From contig NC_058368.1 of assembly GCF_018350175.1 (NCBI RefSeq), forward strand, positions 37,078,001 to 37,142,000: 64,000 nucleotides of DNA, written 5' to 3'. The notes beneath the pieces were generated by a model. That model ran no database searches. It was not told the DNA's origin and saw only the letters and a list, made by a program, of their open reading frames with translations. The translations under genes and the position numbers were made by a program. This document shows, one piece after another, positions 39,343 through 52,835 of this stretch (positions are counted from its first letter, which is position 1; each line of letters opens with the position of its first letter). This DNA is from Felis catus. Its lineage: Eukaryota.

Positions 39343-41996
39343 AGTCTCTTCCCCTTAACGTACATTGTTTCAAATGTCTTTTCATATAATCTCCCACTAC
39401 ATTTTATTGTTGCTATATGTTTCTAATATAATGTTTCTAATGTTTCATTTTGAAAAACTTAAAAATTTTTTTTCTAAAAGTAAAATTAATTTTGCATGAA
39501 GTACCTAGATTCTTTTCTGTAGAGCTCTTATAAAGATACTTTTATTATATATAATTAATATCAAAATTATAGTCATTCCCTATTACACTTTTAAAGAATA
39601 TCATCCATAATACAAAAAAAGTAAGACCTAATTCTACAGTTAAAATCCTTAGTTTAGTGGAAGGAAGGCTGCATCTTGCCATGAAATTCAATAGATGTGG
39701 AATAAAAGAATAAGACAAAACTAATTATCAATGATAGTGAAAATATTTTAATTGGAAAATGTCATAAAGTCATGCAAATTTCAGTACTTTCCTCCCTTGT
39801 CCACATCTAATGAAAAATCAGAAAATGAATCATGAAAACAACTAAAATATCATGCTAAATAATTTCAAAGGAAATTTTTTTTTCTCAGTGACTTAGTAAA
39901 ATTTTTATAATATTTGCATTTTAACTGACATATTAAGTTTTATTTTTTGGAATATTTAATGCCAAATAAAAAAATAAAACATTAACTAGGTTATTATAGG
40001 CTCTCTGGGAAGTTTCTTACATGCATTAGTGTAGGAGTTAGTTATTCAGAATGCAATGGAAGCTCCACTGAAAATTTCTCCTCAGGGAAATTACCTTATA
40101 AGTTCTGTGATTTTATAAGATGGTTTTGGCCAGTGGTGAGAAGGGTAGTTTGGTTGAGGAAGAATCTGAAGGGATGGAAACACATGAGAGGGCTTCAACA
40201 CTCTAGCCAAAAATTATTAAGGCTTAAATCTTGTAGGGTGGTGGTGATGTAAATTGATAGTAGAGATAGTACAGAAGGCAATGTAAAAGGACTTGGCTAC
40301 CAATTGATTTGGTAGAATAAACAGTGAGATTGTTTTTTTCTCCCACAATATTAGAAGGATAAAGTATAAACCAAGAAAAGTAACAGGCTTGAATGTGGAT
40401 CAAGTGGGAGGAAATACTTATTTAGTTGGATAAAAATGGAATCAGAGGCATTGCCAGTGTGCAAAATAATAAATAAAAATATCTCAAGCCATGGCATTAA
40501 ATAAATTAGGGATTGAATAGAGAGGAATAGCAAGAAGACCTAATACTATCCAGAATTAGGACAAAATTAAAACAGCACGTAGAAAGATTGCCAAGGGGCG
40601 AACTCTACAGATTACAATGCCTTAGGAGGCAGAGAAAAAAGGATGGAAAATTGAGGAAAGATAAGGTGATTTGTTTAGAAGTAGGCTGAACTTAAAATGA
40701 TTGTAGTGGATATTTGAAGATTTAGTGGGAAAATGTTGGTATGGCAACGTGGAGAGGAGATGATAACAGAAGAGGAGCAAGAGGAGTAGGTCACTTCCCT
40801 GAAGAGTTTGGAAGAGAAAATGTGGAAGCCCTTTAAGGTGTACTGCACTTTTTGCCACTCCATTCTCTCCAGGTTAAGGTTAGCGTATGTTCCAGTAGAA
40901 AGGACAAAACTGTGAGGAGGAAACACTGACAGTCTGAGGAGTAGAATGTGGATATTCAGAGCACACGGAGTTCTCAGAAAGGACTTCCATAGCAAAGTGG
41001 CAGATTTGGGTTTAATCCTTTCAGATTTGTTACAGGTGGGTCACAAACAATAGAGAGGACAGAAGGGGAGAGGTGCTGCCTGTCTTCTTTTTGTAACTTC
41101 AAACGTACTCTCCCTTGTCTGCATCCTCCCTGTTGGAGGAGGGCGGGGAGAGATAACATGTATGAATGGCCTCTGCGGGCCGTTGGGAGGCACCAGCAGA
41201 TGTGTGCAGGTTGGGAGAAGTGAGAAGGGCTGGTTATTGTGTGGCTCCCTGCTTGCTGGTGTGCAACCAGTTGGCCAAATTCCCCAAAAGCCAGCTGTGG
41301 TCTGACCGTCCTCAGACACGTAACTCTGAATTTTGGTCACTGTAAGATCTAGGGGTTGGGAAGTCTCCAAATAGTTGCACCAGTCCTCCTGCCACATCTC
41401 TTTAGGAAATTAATTCCCCTACTAATCTTCCTCACATTTTCCGATTTCGAATGTGTCATCTGTTTCATGTTAATATCACAACTGATAAAGGTGCTGTTCA
41501 AGATTAGAAAAAAAAAAAAACAGAGGAAGGAGCCACAAGTCTGCTAAGTCTCTTGAGTGCAATGAGTCAGAGTATGGGTTCTGGATGAGAGGAATATAGA
41601 AGGGTGGAAAGTTTTGTTTAGGGGAACTTGTCAGAAGTCAGGTTTTTTTTCTTTTGGATGGCATCTAGGCTATTCTTCATAAAAATTCTGTCATCTTGTA
41701 GCCTTTACATATATTCACATAATTCTCAACTTGAAACTTGGTTCTTGAGACTTAACATGATCAAATGTGGTTTAAAAAAACGGTCACAAACCTCCCATGG
41801 TTTGCATAGCCCTGATAGATAGGAAGTATACAATTTAAATAAAATAAAACACTCTAGCCTAGAAACCATCTCCTCTTGCCATAGAGATTTTTATCCTGAT
41901 GGGAGTTTTGGCCAAATTATAATAAATTGGATCACCTTTGAACCAAGCTATAATTATATAGTCATTAAGCAAATATTTATCAAGACAGTTGTGGCA

Positions 41997-42199
41997 GGGG
42001 CGCCTGGGTGGCACAGTCGGTTAAGCGTCCGACTTCAGCCAGGTCACGATCTCGCCGTCCGTGAGTTCGAGCCCCGCGTCAGGCTCTGGGCTGATGGCTT
42101 GGAGCCTGGAGCCTGTTTCCGATTCTGTGTCTCCCTCTCTCTCTGCCCCTCCCCCGTTCATGCTCTGTCTCTCTCTGTCCCAAAAATAAATAAACGTTG
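41997..42199 (+). mobile_element. Young SINEC_Fc-type CanSINE without a poly(A) tail
   Basis: CpG-rich, near-consensus; perfect 15-bp TSD aagacagttgtggca at 41982-41996 and 42200-42214. Confidence 0.97.
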
Positions 42200-42870
42200 A
42201 AGACAGTTGTGGCATTGGAGATAATAGAAAATAAGATGGAAAATGTCCCTATACCTATGTGCCTTTTAGTATACTGAGAGAAAAAGAGAACAAATGGTAA
42301 ATGGATAAATAAGGTAATTTTAGCTATTGTTGAATTCTGTGGAGAAAAGACCCCACAGCAATACAATGGTTAAGGAAGATTTTGCTAACATCAGAGCTGA
42401 GGCCTAAAGGAAAATAGCCATGCACACATGCTGTGCTTTAAGAAAAGAGAAGGGCTGACGCAAAGTGCTGTGTCAAGAAAGCTTTGGTGTGCTAGAGAAG
42501 CAAGAAGGATGTGGCCAGAACACTAAGTATTAAGAGACGGGGCCAGAAAAACAGTTTGGAGACAGATCACCATGACCTTTTAAGTCTTGGTAAGGGGGTC
42601 GGAATTTATTCCAAATGTACAGGAAGCTCCTGAAGAGTTCATGAACAGTGGTGACATTATTTGTTTTAATTTTTAAACATATGCTGTGGGAAGAATAGAT
42701 TGCAGGTAGAGAAGAGTAGAAGCAGAGACTACTGAAATTATTTGCAAGACTGTCAGTAATAATAGTGATTTATGGATGTTTACTCTTGCAAATCAGAGCA
42801 TTGTCTCATTTAACCTCAAAATGGCCTATGTTTTAGGGTGCTATTATTAAAGTTTGGAAATGAAGCCATG

Positions 42871-43589
42871 CACAGACAGTAACCTCTTTGCCATCGGCCA
42901 TAGCAACTTCTTACTAGATACATCTACTGAGGCAAGAAAAACAAAAACAAAAAATGAACTATTGGGACCTCATCAAGATAAAAAGCTTCTGCACAGCAAA
43001 GGAAACAATCAACAAGACTAAACCTTTGGAATGGAAGAAGATATTTGAAAATGAAATATGTAATAAAGGGTTAGTATCAAAAATATATAAGGAACTTATC
43101 AAACTCAACACCCCAAAAGCAAATAATCCAGTTAAAAATGGACAGAAGACATGAATAGACATTTTTCTAAAGACATGCAGATGGCTAACAGATACATGAA
43201 AAATGCTCAACATCACGTGTCATCAGGGAAATGCAAACCAAAACTACAATGAGATACCACCTCACACCTCTCATAATGGCTAAAATTAACCACATAAGAA
43301 ACAATAGATGTTCCTGAGAGTGCAGAGAATGGGGAACCCTCTTACATTGTTGGTGGGAATTGCATTGTTGGTTGGTGGTGCAGCCACTCTGGAGAACAGT
43401 ATGGAGTTTCCTCAAGAAGTTAAAAATAGAACTACCCAATGATCTACCAGTTGCTAGGTATTTACCCAAGGATACAAAAGACTGATTCAAAGGGATACAT
43501 GCACCCCAATGTTTATAGCAGCATTATCCACAATAGCCAAATTATGGAAAATGGAAAGAATACAAATGTCCATCGATTGATGAATGGAT

Positions 43590-43636
<47 letters not shown>

Positions 43637-44033
43637 CCATCAAAAAGAATGAAATCTTGCCATTTGCAGCAACATGGATGGAGCTAGAGGGAATTGTGCC
43701 AAGTGAAATAAGTCAGAGAAAGACATACCATATGATGTCACTTATATGTGGAATTTGAGAAACAGGACAGATGAATATAGGGGGAAGAAAAAGAGCCAGA
43801 GGGGAGGGGATGAGGCAAACCATAAAACAAACTCTTAACAATAGAGAACCAACAGTGTTGCTGGCCGCAAGGTGGGCAGGGGGATGAGCTAAATGGGTGC
43901 TGGGTATTAAGGAGGGCATCTGTTGAAATGAGCACTTGTAATATGTAAGTGATGAATCATTAAATTCTACACCTGAAACTAATATTGTACTGCATGTTAA
44001 CTAACTGGAATTTAAATAAAAACTTGAAAAAAA
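42871..44033 (+). mobile_element. 5'-truncated carnivore L1 (ORF2 C-terminus and 3'UTR), inserted in a MIR; internal (TA)n at ~43592-43633
   Basis: [19 protein letters not shown]; 3' end aaataaaaacttgaaaaaaa; TSD tgga(a/g)atgaagccatg. Confidence 0.93.
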
Positions 44034-45777
44034 TGGAGATGAAGCCATGGACGTACAGAGAAACTAAGCAAGTTGCTCTACATCATAAAGTTAGCATGTG
44101 ATTGGGCCCGAGAAAAACCAAGTATTCGGACACCACAGCCTTCTTCACCACCACACGGTGCTCATAACTTGGAATTGATATTCATTAGAGTTGGCTATAA
44201 CCCAATTAGCAATATGAGAGTCTTCGAAAATAATCTTCTTATGTGAAACCCAGTGTTGGTGAAAATTACTACAGATAGAAAATACTAACATTTACAACAA
44301 TGAAAGATGAGATAAGACAGTGAATAATCAAACCTTAAGATTTTCATGACAAGCTGTTTCCTTATGAAAACTTTCCTATCTGTATTTTAGCTAGCCAACA
44401 TTTATGTATCTCACCTCTATTTTTCTTGCAAACATCTATTTTAAGCCATATATACATTCAGAATGCTAGATTAGTTGCAAAATGTGTTAATATTGAAATT
44501 TCAGTGATATCATCTAAAAAGCTTACAGAGTCCAATATAGATGTTCCCCACATATAAAGATTAAAATATATCCTTACTCCAGTGACTCTTCAGCCAAGAA
44601 TTTTCCTTTTTAAAGCACTTCCAAAAATAAAATTTGGATGAGTCTTACAAAGCATACTTGTTCTGGTAACATAAATGGCAAGTGAAAAAGGGGTGGTGAA
44701 TGACTAACAACAGGTTCATTAAAGATGACAATATGTGGTTTAGTAACTTCTGGCCAAGAAATACGCCTCCATACAAAGTAATAATGACCCCAAAATAGCT
44801 GAGCGCTCAGAAGTCTGGAGATACACAGATACAAGTTAACTATGTGACCTAAAATGTGTTCATTTGCTTTGGTCCTTCTAAACCTAATAGTGTGAATCTG
44901 TGCACAAGTGATTTGAACAAGGTGGATAGTAACAGTTAGGAAGATGACCAAGATTGGTACCAGACCCTATCTAGGAAATAGATGCTGATAAGTTTCTCTG
45001 AAATGTCTGAGGAGATTCATTAAGCTTTTTTTTTTTGAAACATAGATGAAATGAGAAAAGTCATTCAAATTTTTATCATAAATATATCTCAAGATAGAAT
45101 CAAGACCATCTTTAATGTACAGAAAAAGTAAAGCTTTGCTTGTACCTCTTTTAAATAAGAATTCATTTGAAATGGTAATAATGTAGCTAAAGAATTTCTG
45201 AGTAATATAAAACTTAAAGCAATGTGTGATTTCACATAACAGTGTACCTATTTTATTAACAGGTCCTAGAAATTTATACTGGCCTTTAACAAAATAACTT
45301 CTAGCAATTCTTCATACATTTGACACATAGTTTTTATTTCTCTATGTTATGCCTCCACATTAGAAGCCACAAGACAATTATAAAACGTCAAGATTAAAGA
45401 GCAAAATCTATTTTTACACTGTTTGAAAGGTCTACTACCCATATGAATTTAGAATTTTTTTTTTTTGTTTTTCAAATTGGAAACTTAGAAAATCTTATGT
45501 TGAATTATTCTTTAAAAAAGCAATACATTCAGTAATTGACTAGTAAAATTAAGTAATAAGAATGTTTAAAAATTTCACTAAGATTTTAGTACTTTGAAAC
45601 AGGCTTTAAGCAGTGAGTAAAGAAATGGAATAGTAATAGAAGTTAACTCATGTAATATTTTAAAATGCATTATTTTCCTTAAAAGCAATATTTATGAATA
45701 GTTAAAATAAAAATGCATTGTTCATTGTTCTCTCTCATGCACCAATGTGTATTGGCGATTTTTGTTTGAGGAAGTGA

Positions 45778-46005
45778 GAGGCACCTGGCCAGCTTAGTTA
45801 GTTAAGCATTCTTGACTCGTGATTTCCATTCAGGTCATGGTCTCACACTTGGTGAGATCAGCCCCGCATCGGGCTCTGTCCTGCCAGTGCAGAGCCTGCT
45901 TGGGATTCTCTCTCTCCCTCTCTCTGTCTCTCTGCCCTTCCCCTTCTTGCTTGCTCTCTCTCAAAATCAATAAATGAACATTCTTTTTAAATCTTAAAAA
46001 AACAT
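45778..46005 (+). mobile_element. CanSINE (diverged)
   Basis: aggcacctggccagcttagttagttaagc head, CT tract, aatcaataaatgaacatt tail. Confidence 0.88.
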
Positions 46006-46273
46006 AGAAAGTGAAATTGTCTTATCAAAACTACCGTTGTAAAATTCTATGGCCACTTAGAGTTAACAGAAAAAAAAGGAATTTAGTAAAAGCTCTCAAA
46101 ATACGGAGTAAATGCTATTTGAATACAGAAGTCAAAATATTTAAATCATACATTTTACATCAATTAATGTCCCACAGTTTTAAAGAAAAAAACTTAGAAA
46201 CCAAGCGAATATCATGTTGGGATTTAGGGAAATAAAATCTGATTTTTAAAGACATTAAACTGTCCAATTTAAA

Positions 46274-46487
46274 TTTTTTTTTTTTTTAAAAAAGCTTATT
46301 TATTTATTTTGAGAGAGAGAGAGTGTGCACAGGAGGGTCAGAGAGAGAAGGAAAGAAAGAATCTCAAGTTGGTCCTGCACTATCAGCGCAGAGCTGGATG
46401 TGGGGCTCACTCTCAGGAACGGTCAGATCATGACCTGAGCCGAAAGCAAGAGTGGGGCGCTTAATCAACTGAGCCACCCAGGCACCG
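46274..46487 (-). mobile_element. CanSINE
   Basis: Full body; TSD aaactgtccaatttaaa on both sides. Confidence 0.93.
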
Positions 46488-46609
46488 GAAACTGTCCAAT
46501 TTAAAACAGAGATAAGTTCAATTCAAACAGAGACTGGGACAAAGATTAAAAACAAAATGTATCCATTGTGTTTATATCCACTGTTGCTTTTTTCCTTTTT
46601 TAAAATCCA

Positions 46610-46770
46610 TTTTAATTTTTTTTAATCTGACTGTAGTTGACACACGACGTTACACTAATTTCAGATGCACAACCTAGTGATTCAACATCTCTATATGTTA
46701 TTCTGTGCTCACCAGAAGTGTACCTACCGCAACCATCTGTCACCATGCAATGTTATGTTTCTTTTTTCTA
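46610..46770 (-). mobile_element. Short L1 3'-end fragment
   Basis: tgtagttgacacacgacgttacactaatttcagatgcacaacctagtgattcaaca. Confidence 0.7.
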
Positions 46771-47976
46771 TTACTCTTTTCTCTCACTTAGGACTTAGAA
46801 CCCTTCACAAGATTTGTAAGGCATATCCAATGGGAATAGATAAAACTATTTTCGAATGACCAGTCTTCTCTTGAAAAAACTTTACTGTAACACTCAAGCT
46901 AAAAGTTGTTCTTGGGGCATGAATTGAATTGCTGTTGTAATGCCCAGTGCCACATGTGGATGGAAGGCCCTTCCATCCCCACATGGATGGCCCCACATGT
47001 AAGATTGTGGCAGGAAAGAACAGGACCTTTGGGGTCAGACTTGTACTTTAATCCTGGAGCAAAAGTAACAACTGCCAAACTTAAAAAAAAAAATTAAATT
47101 AAGAGATTGGCAGTTTTTTTTGACAAATTATTTAAATCCAAATGACTCCAGAAAAACTGCTTCTTTTTATCGGCAACTAAGTTGTTTACTTGTAAAATGG
47201 TTTAGTTTAAAAATGATATGCAGGAAAAGTTTGGAAACCATAAAAAATTACATTTTTCTCTAGATTATGAAGACTTACTGTAAAGCTCTATTATATTGAG
47301 TCCAAAATGCACAAATTCAGTCTTGTCTAAATCCTAGAACGCATCTCCAATTAGAAGAAAATGCTGTTGAAATGATAAAAAGTTAGTCTTTATCAGTAAT
47401 GTTGAATAGATAATTTGTTGTAAACACTCACAAATCAAATGTTTTGTCATCTTTTATTCCTTCATTTCTTCCTACCTTCCTTCATTTGTTCATTTAATAT
47501 GTATTAATGTTATGTTCAATATACATCTGGATGGGAGATTGACATTTTAAAAGATATGCAAGACATAACATGACAAGGATTTTAGCTGAAAAAAAAACAA
47601 GATAAAGAAATGCTATTACTGGGAGAGAATATTCAGACAAATTTGTTTTCCATGGTTTGTTCAGTCACTCATTTATTCATTCAACAAACATTTATTGGAC
47701 TTTTATTATATGTTAAGCACAGTGCCGGATACTGTGTCCAAATGAGCCCAAATCTGTGATTGTCGTTTACTACTTTATCGGTGCCTTTTTGCTTTACTTA
47801 TTGTATATCACATTTACCTTACTTTGAGCCAAAACTTTTATATGAATTTTTAAAACGGGGAAAGGTCTGTTTTGTCTTCTTTGCTCAGCTTTTGGTTTTT
47901 AAATAATCTGCCAAACACCTTGATGTTTTTGAAGCCCTGCCTTGTGATTGAGAGTGTTCCCAAAAGAAATTCTGCT

Positions 47977-48185
47977 TTTTTGTTTTTTAAAGTTGTAGTT
48001 ACTTATTTAGAGAGAGCAAGCACAGGTGGGGGGAGGAGCAGAAAGAAGGAGAGAATCCTAAGCAGACTCAGACCATTAATTAGCGCAGAGCCAGACGTGG
48101 GACTTGAACTCATGAACTGTGAGATCATGAACTGAACTGAAGTCAAGAGTTGGATGTTTAACCAACTGCATCATCCAGGTGCCCC
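47977..48185 (-). mobile_element. CanSINE
   Basis: Body recognisable; TSD aagaaatt(c/t)tgctt. Confidence 0.9.
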
Positions 48186-48484
48186 AAGAAATTTTGCTTC
48201 TTAAATTCAACCCTGTAGCTAGGGATTCCACCACATAAAGATATGTCCCAATGCCTGCCTGAATCTATAAATTGTCTGTACTACAATTCCTTTTCGCAAG
48301 CTCCACAGAAAAGTATAAGTGGCCAGTATGCAAAATGTTCTACATCTTAATGCAAAATGTTCTGCATATCTAAGGTTTAGTTCATTTTACTTAATTAAGA
48401 GGAGATATACCATTTATTTGATAAACAATAATAATTTAATGAGTTCAATTTGATAAGACATTTTAGATTGACTTTTTTATATTT

Positions 48485-49167
48485 ATTTTTTTAATTTTTA
48501 AAAAGCTTTTATTAACAATTATATTAATTCCAGTTAACTAACATACAGTGAAATAATAGTTTCAGGTGTACAATTCAGTGATGCAGCACCTACATACGAT
48601 ACCCAGTGCTGATCACAAGTGCACTCCTTAGTCTACGTAACCTATTTGACCCATCCCCCCACTCACCTCCCCTCTGATAACCATCATTTGGTTGTCTATG
48701 TTTCTTAGTTTGCCTTTCTCCCTTTTTTCCCCCTTGGCTTGTTTGTTTTGTTTCTTAAATTACACATATGAGTGAAATCATATGGTATTTGTCTTTCTTT
48801 TACTGACTTATTTCACTTAGCATAATACTCTCTAGCTCTATCCATATCATTGTAAATGACTAGATTTCACTGTTTTCTTTAATGTTTATTATTTTATTTT
48901 GAGAGAGAGAGACAGAGAGAGGGAGGGAGGGAGAGAGAGAGTGCACGCATGATAGGGGGACGGTCAGAGAGTTAGAGGGAGGCTGAGAATCCGAAGGCAG
49001 GCTCCAGGCTATCAGCACAGAGCCCAGTGCAGGGCTGGATCTCATGAACCTGTGAGATCATGACCTGAGCCAAAATCGAGTTGGATACCTAACCAGTTGA
49101 GCCATTCAGGTGCCCCAATTGTATTCTTTGTCATGGCTGAGTAATATTCCAGTGTGTATGTCTGTCG

Positions 49168-49206
<39 letters not shown>

Positions 49207-49918
49207 CACCACACTTTCTGAGGAACCTCCATAATGTTATCCAGAGTGGCTGCACCAGTTTGCATTTGCACAAACAGTGCAGGAGGGTTCTCCTTTCTCC
49301 ACATCTTCACTGACACCTGTTGTTTCTGATGTGGTTAATTTTAGCCATTCTGACAGTTGTGAGTTGATATATCATTGTAGTTTGATTTGCATTTCCCTGA
49401 TGATGAGTGATGTTGAGCATCTTTTCATGTGCTTGTTAGCTACCTGCCTGTACTCTTTGGGAAAAAAATGTCTTTTTATGTGTTCTGCCCATTTTTAAAA
49501 TTTGGTTATTTGTTTTTCGGGTGTCGAGTTTGGTAAGTTCTTTATATATTTTGGATACTAACCCTTTATCAGATATATCATTGGCAAGTTTCTTCTCTGA
49601 TTCCATAGGTTGACTTTAGTTTTGTTGATTGTTTCCTTTGCTGTGCAGGAGCTTTTTATTTTGTTGAAGTCCCAATAATAGTTTATTTTTGCTTCTGTTT
49701 CCCTTGCCTTCGGCAACATGTCTAATAATAAGTTGCTGTGGCCAAGGTCAAAGAGATTGCGGCCTGTGTTCTCTGGGATTTTGATGGTTCCCTGTCTCAC
49801 ATGTAGGTCTTTCATCCATTTTGAATTTATTTTTGTGTGTGGTGTAAAATAGTGGTCCAAGCTCATTCTACTGCATGTTGCTGTCTAGTTTTCCCAACAC
49901 CATCTGTTGAAGAGACTA
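48485..49918 (-). mobile_element. 5'-truncated carnivore L1 with nested CanSINE and (TG)n at ~49169-49203
   Basis: LDHYFTPHTKINSKWMKDL; L1 3'UTR motifs. Confidence 0.9.
48872..49116 (-). mobile_element. CanSINE nested in L1
   Basis: taatgtttatt...gagagaga...gagatcatgacctgagcc...caggtgcccc. Confidence 0.9.
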
Positions 49919-49924
49919 GCAATT

Positions 49925-51072
49925 GACAGTTTTTTTTAATTGGTGCTTTTAGATATTGTTTTTCTTTCTTCTATCCTGCATTGTTTCCAGTTAAACATCT
50001 TTGGTCATCCTTATTTTTGTTCGTCTATACATAATGTGTCTTTGTTCTCTGGCTGTGCTTAAGATTTCTCCTTGTCACTGGTTTTGAACATTTTATTGTA
50101 TTATGACTCATGGCAGTTTTCTTCATGTTTGTTGTGCTTGGGGTTTGTTGAGCTTCTTGTGTCAGTGGGTCTACAATTTAACGAAGTTTGGAAAACCTCC
50201 AGTCATTATCTCAAATTTTTTTCAGCATTATACCTCCTCTCTTTCAGACACTTTGATTATAAGCATACAAGGCTACTTGAACTTGTTCCACAGCTAATTA
50301 ATTCATTCTCTTTTCATGTTTTAATATTCCTTTTCTCTATGTTTCATTATGGGAACTTTCTATTACAGTATGTTCAAATCTACTAACATTCCGCAAAGTC
50401 TATCTGATGTTAATCTCATTCATTGTAGTAGTTTCCATCTCAGCCGTGGTAGATTTTATCAGCAGAAGTTTGAAGGCATTTTTTCAAGTATTTTGCATGT
50501 TTCTACTTAAGTTTTTGAACATATGGATTACAGTTATAATAACTGTTCTAATGTCTTTTTCTACTAATCCTTACATCTGTGTTACTTCTGGGTCCATTTA
50601 TTAATTGATTTTCCCTCATTATGAGTCATGTTTTTCTCCCTTTTTGTATGCCTCATAATATTTGATTGGATGCCAAGCATTATGAATTTTAACTTGTTGC
50701 ATTCTAGATATGTTTATATTTTTATAAATCATCTTGAACTTTATTCTGGGATACAGTCATGGTTCTTGGAAACAGTTTGATCCTTTTATGATTTGTTGGG
50801 CTAGAGCAGAGAAATATTTAGTCTAGGGCTAATTATTCTCCACTACTCGGGCAAAACACTTCTGATGAAACATTTCTAATGCTCCATGGTAATAAGGTTT
50901 TCAAGTCTCACTGTTGGGGAAAGGAATTATTCGTGGCCTTCTTTGAGCATTATTGATTCCCCCCTCTAATCGTTTAGGATGGCTCTTTTACCAGCTGTAT
51001 AGTTTCCTTACAGACATGTGCTGATCAGTACTCTGCTGAATATTCAAGGTGGACTCTGTGAAGATCTCCTGA

Positions 51073-51112
<40 letters not shown>

Positions 51113-51290
51113 CTTTTCCTTCTTTGATACCTACCCTGCCCTGTGAGCTCTTGCCCCTTCGGTTTCCTAGCACTCTCAGCTCTGTCTCCTCAACTCAGAA
51201 AGTACACCAGACTCTACCAGGACTCCACCAATATACTGCTGCCTGGAATATCTCAAAGGGGAAAACTTGGCGTGACCCTATGGCAACTCC
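49925..51290 (-). mobile_element. Ancient L1M (L1MD/ME-like) ORF1 and 5' region, with (TG)n at ~51076-51110
   Basis: ctggctgtgcttaagatttctccttgtcactggttttgaac and ggatgccaagcattatgaatttt motifs typical of old L1M 5' halves. Confidence 0.6.
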
Positions 51291-51924
51291 TTGCACTCAT
51301 AGAAGCTCCCAAATGTTAGGTTGCCTAAGGCCAGAGCTTCATTAGTTTCACATTCAATCCTACTCTGACAATGGTCTCCCAGAATTAGAAAGGGTATGAA
51401 TTTTGGAGAACTCAAGGAAAAAAATAAAGTCTACCTAATCTCTCTCTTATTTATCTAAACAGTAGCTATAAACACTGATTATGAAGTAAAACAAATATTT
51501 ATGAATGTAAAAGTCATATGGATCATAAAAACTTATGGAGTATTAAAATAGTTTGGATTTAGGATTAAAGAGTTCTGAGCAGGTATTAAATATATAATAT
51601 ATAATAAACTCTTATAATAATGACAAATTTATATTTCATTGAAATTGTATTTCAAAATTGAAAAAATAAAGTTGAATTGTAGACTGAATTGTAGCTACCA
51701 AGTTCTGCTCTATCACAACATACTGAGACAGAGTCTAATAAGGAAATTAGTAAATGATTTTGGATATTTGTTTCTGCAAATTATAAAATCACAATGTGCA
51801 GAAACAAATATCCACAAAATGTTTTACTAATTTTCTTCATTCCTCGTTCAACTTTCATTCTTGTTATTATTCTAAGAACATTTCCTTTTTATTGGATTCA
51901 CGATCCATGATTCAACTGTGGTGA

Positions 51925-52715
51925 CTTGTGCGTTTTTAGGAATTATCTGGGGTTTTTTCTAAGTTATCTGATTTGTTAGTATATAATCACTTATAGTAAT
52001 CTGTTATCACACTATGTATTTGTGTGGTTATCTGGTGTTTTGTTTTCTTTTCCATTTTTCATTTTTGTTTTTGAATTTTCTCTTTTTTTTTTCTTGGTTG
52101 ATGTGGTTAAAGCATTGCCAATTTTGTTTCTTTAAAGCTGGTCATTACTTTCAATGTTATGTTATTGTTTATTCTGGTCTCTGTTTTATGTATTTCTGAT
52201 TTTCCTTCGTTATTTTCTCCCTCTACTAAATTTCAGCTAAGTTTCTTCTTTTTCTTGGTCATTATGGTGTAATTTTAATGTTAAGTTGTTTATTTTAACT
52301 TTTTTTCATAATACAGGCATTTTATAGCATAGATTTCACTCTTAACATCTGCTTTTGCTACATCCCATAGGTTTTTGAATGTTGTGTTTTCTTTTTCTCT
52401 CATTTCAAGGCATATTTTGATTAGCCATTTGATTTCTTATTTGGTCCATTGCTTGTGCAGTGTGTTGTTTAATATTTACATATTAAATATTTAATATTTG
52501 CATTGTATATTTGCATTGTTTTATTGTTGATCTTTAGTTTTGTACCCTTGTGGTTGGATCAGATGCTTGGTATGATTTCAGTCTTCTTAAATTTATAATA
52601 TTTGCTAGGTCTCTTTTTATGTTATTTAACCAGTGGATTCTTCTGTGTGTACTTGAGGAAAATGTGTATTCTGTTTTCTTGGGTAAAATGTTTTATATAT
52701 ATCTTTTAGAACCAT
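51925..52715 (-). mobile_element. Old L1 ORF2 fragment (endonuclease/Cryptic region)
   Basis: ttatagcatagatttcactcttaacatctgcttttgctacatccca...gtacttgaggaaaatgtgtattctg. Confidence 0.75.
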
Positions 52716-52722
52716 GTATTCT

Positions 52723-52825
52723 GGGGGCACATGGCTGGCTCAGTGAGAAGAGCATGTGACTCTTGATCTTGGGGTCATGGGTTTGAGCCCCATGTTAAGT
52801 ACAGAGATGACTAGAAAATAAATTT
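52723..52825 (+). mobile_element. Short old-type CanSINE without CT tract
   Basis: ggggcacatggctggctcagt...gactcttgatcttggggtcatgggtttgagccccatg...aaataaa. Confidence 0.85.
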
Positions 52826-52835
52826 TAAAAATTCT

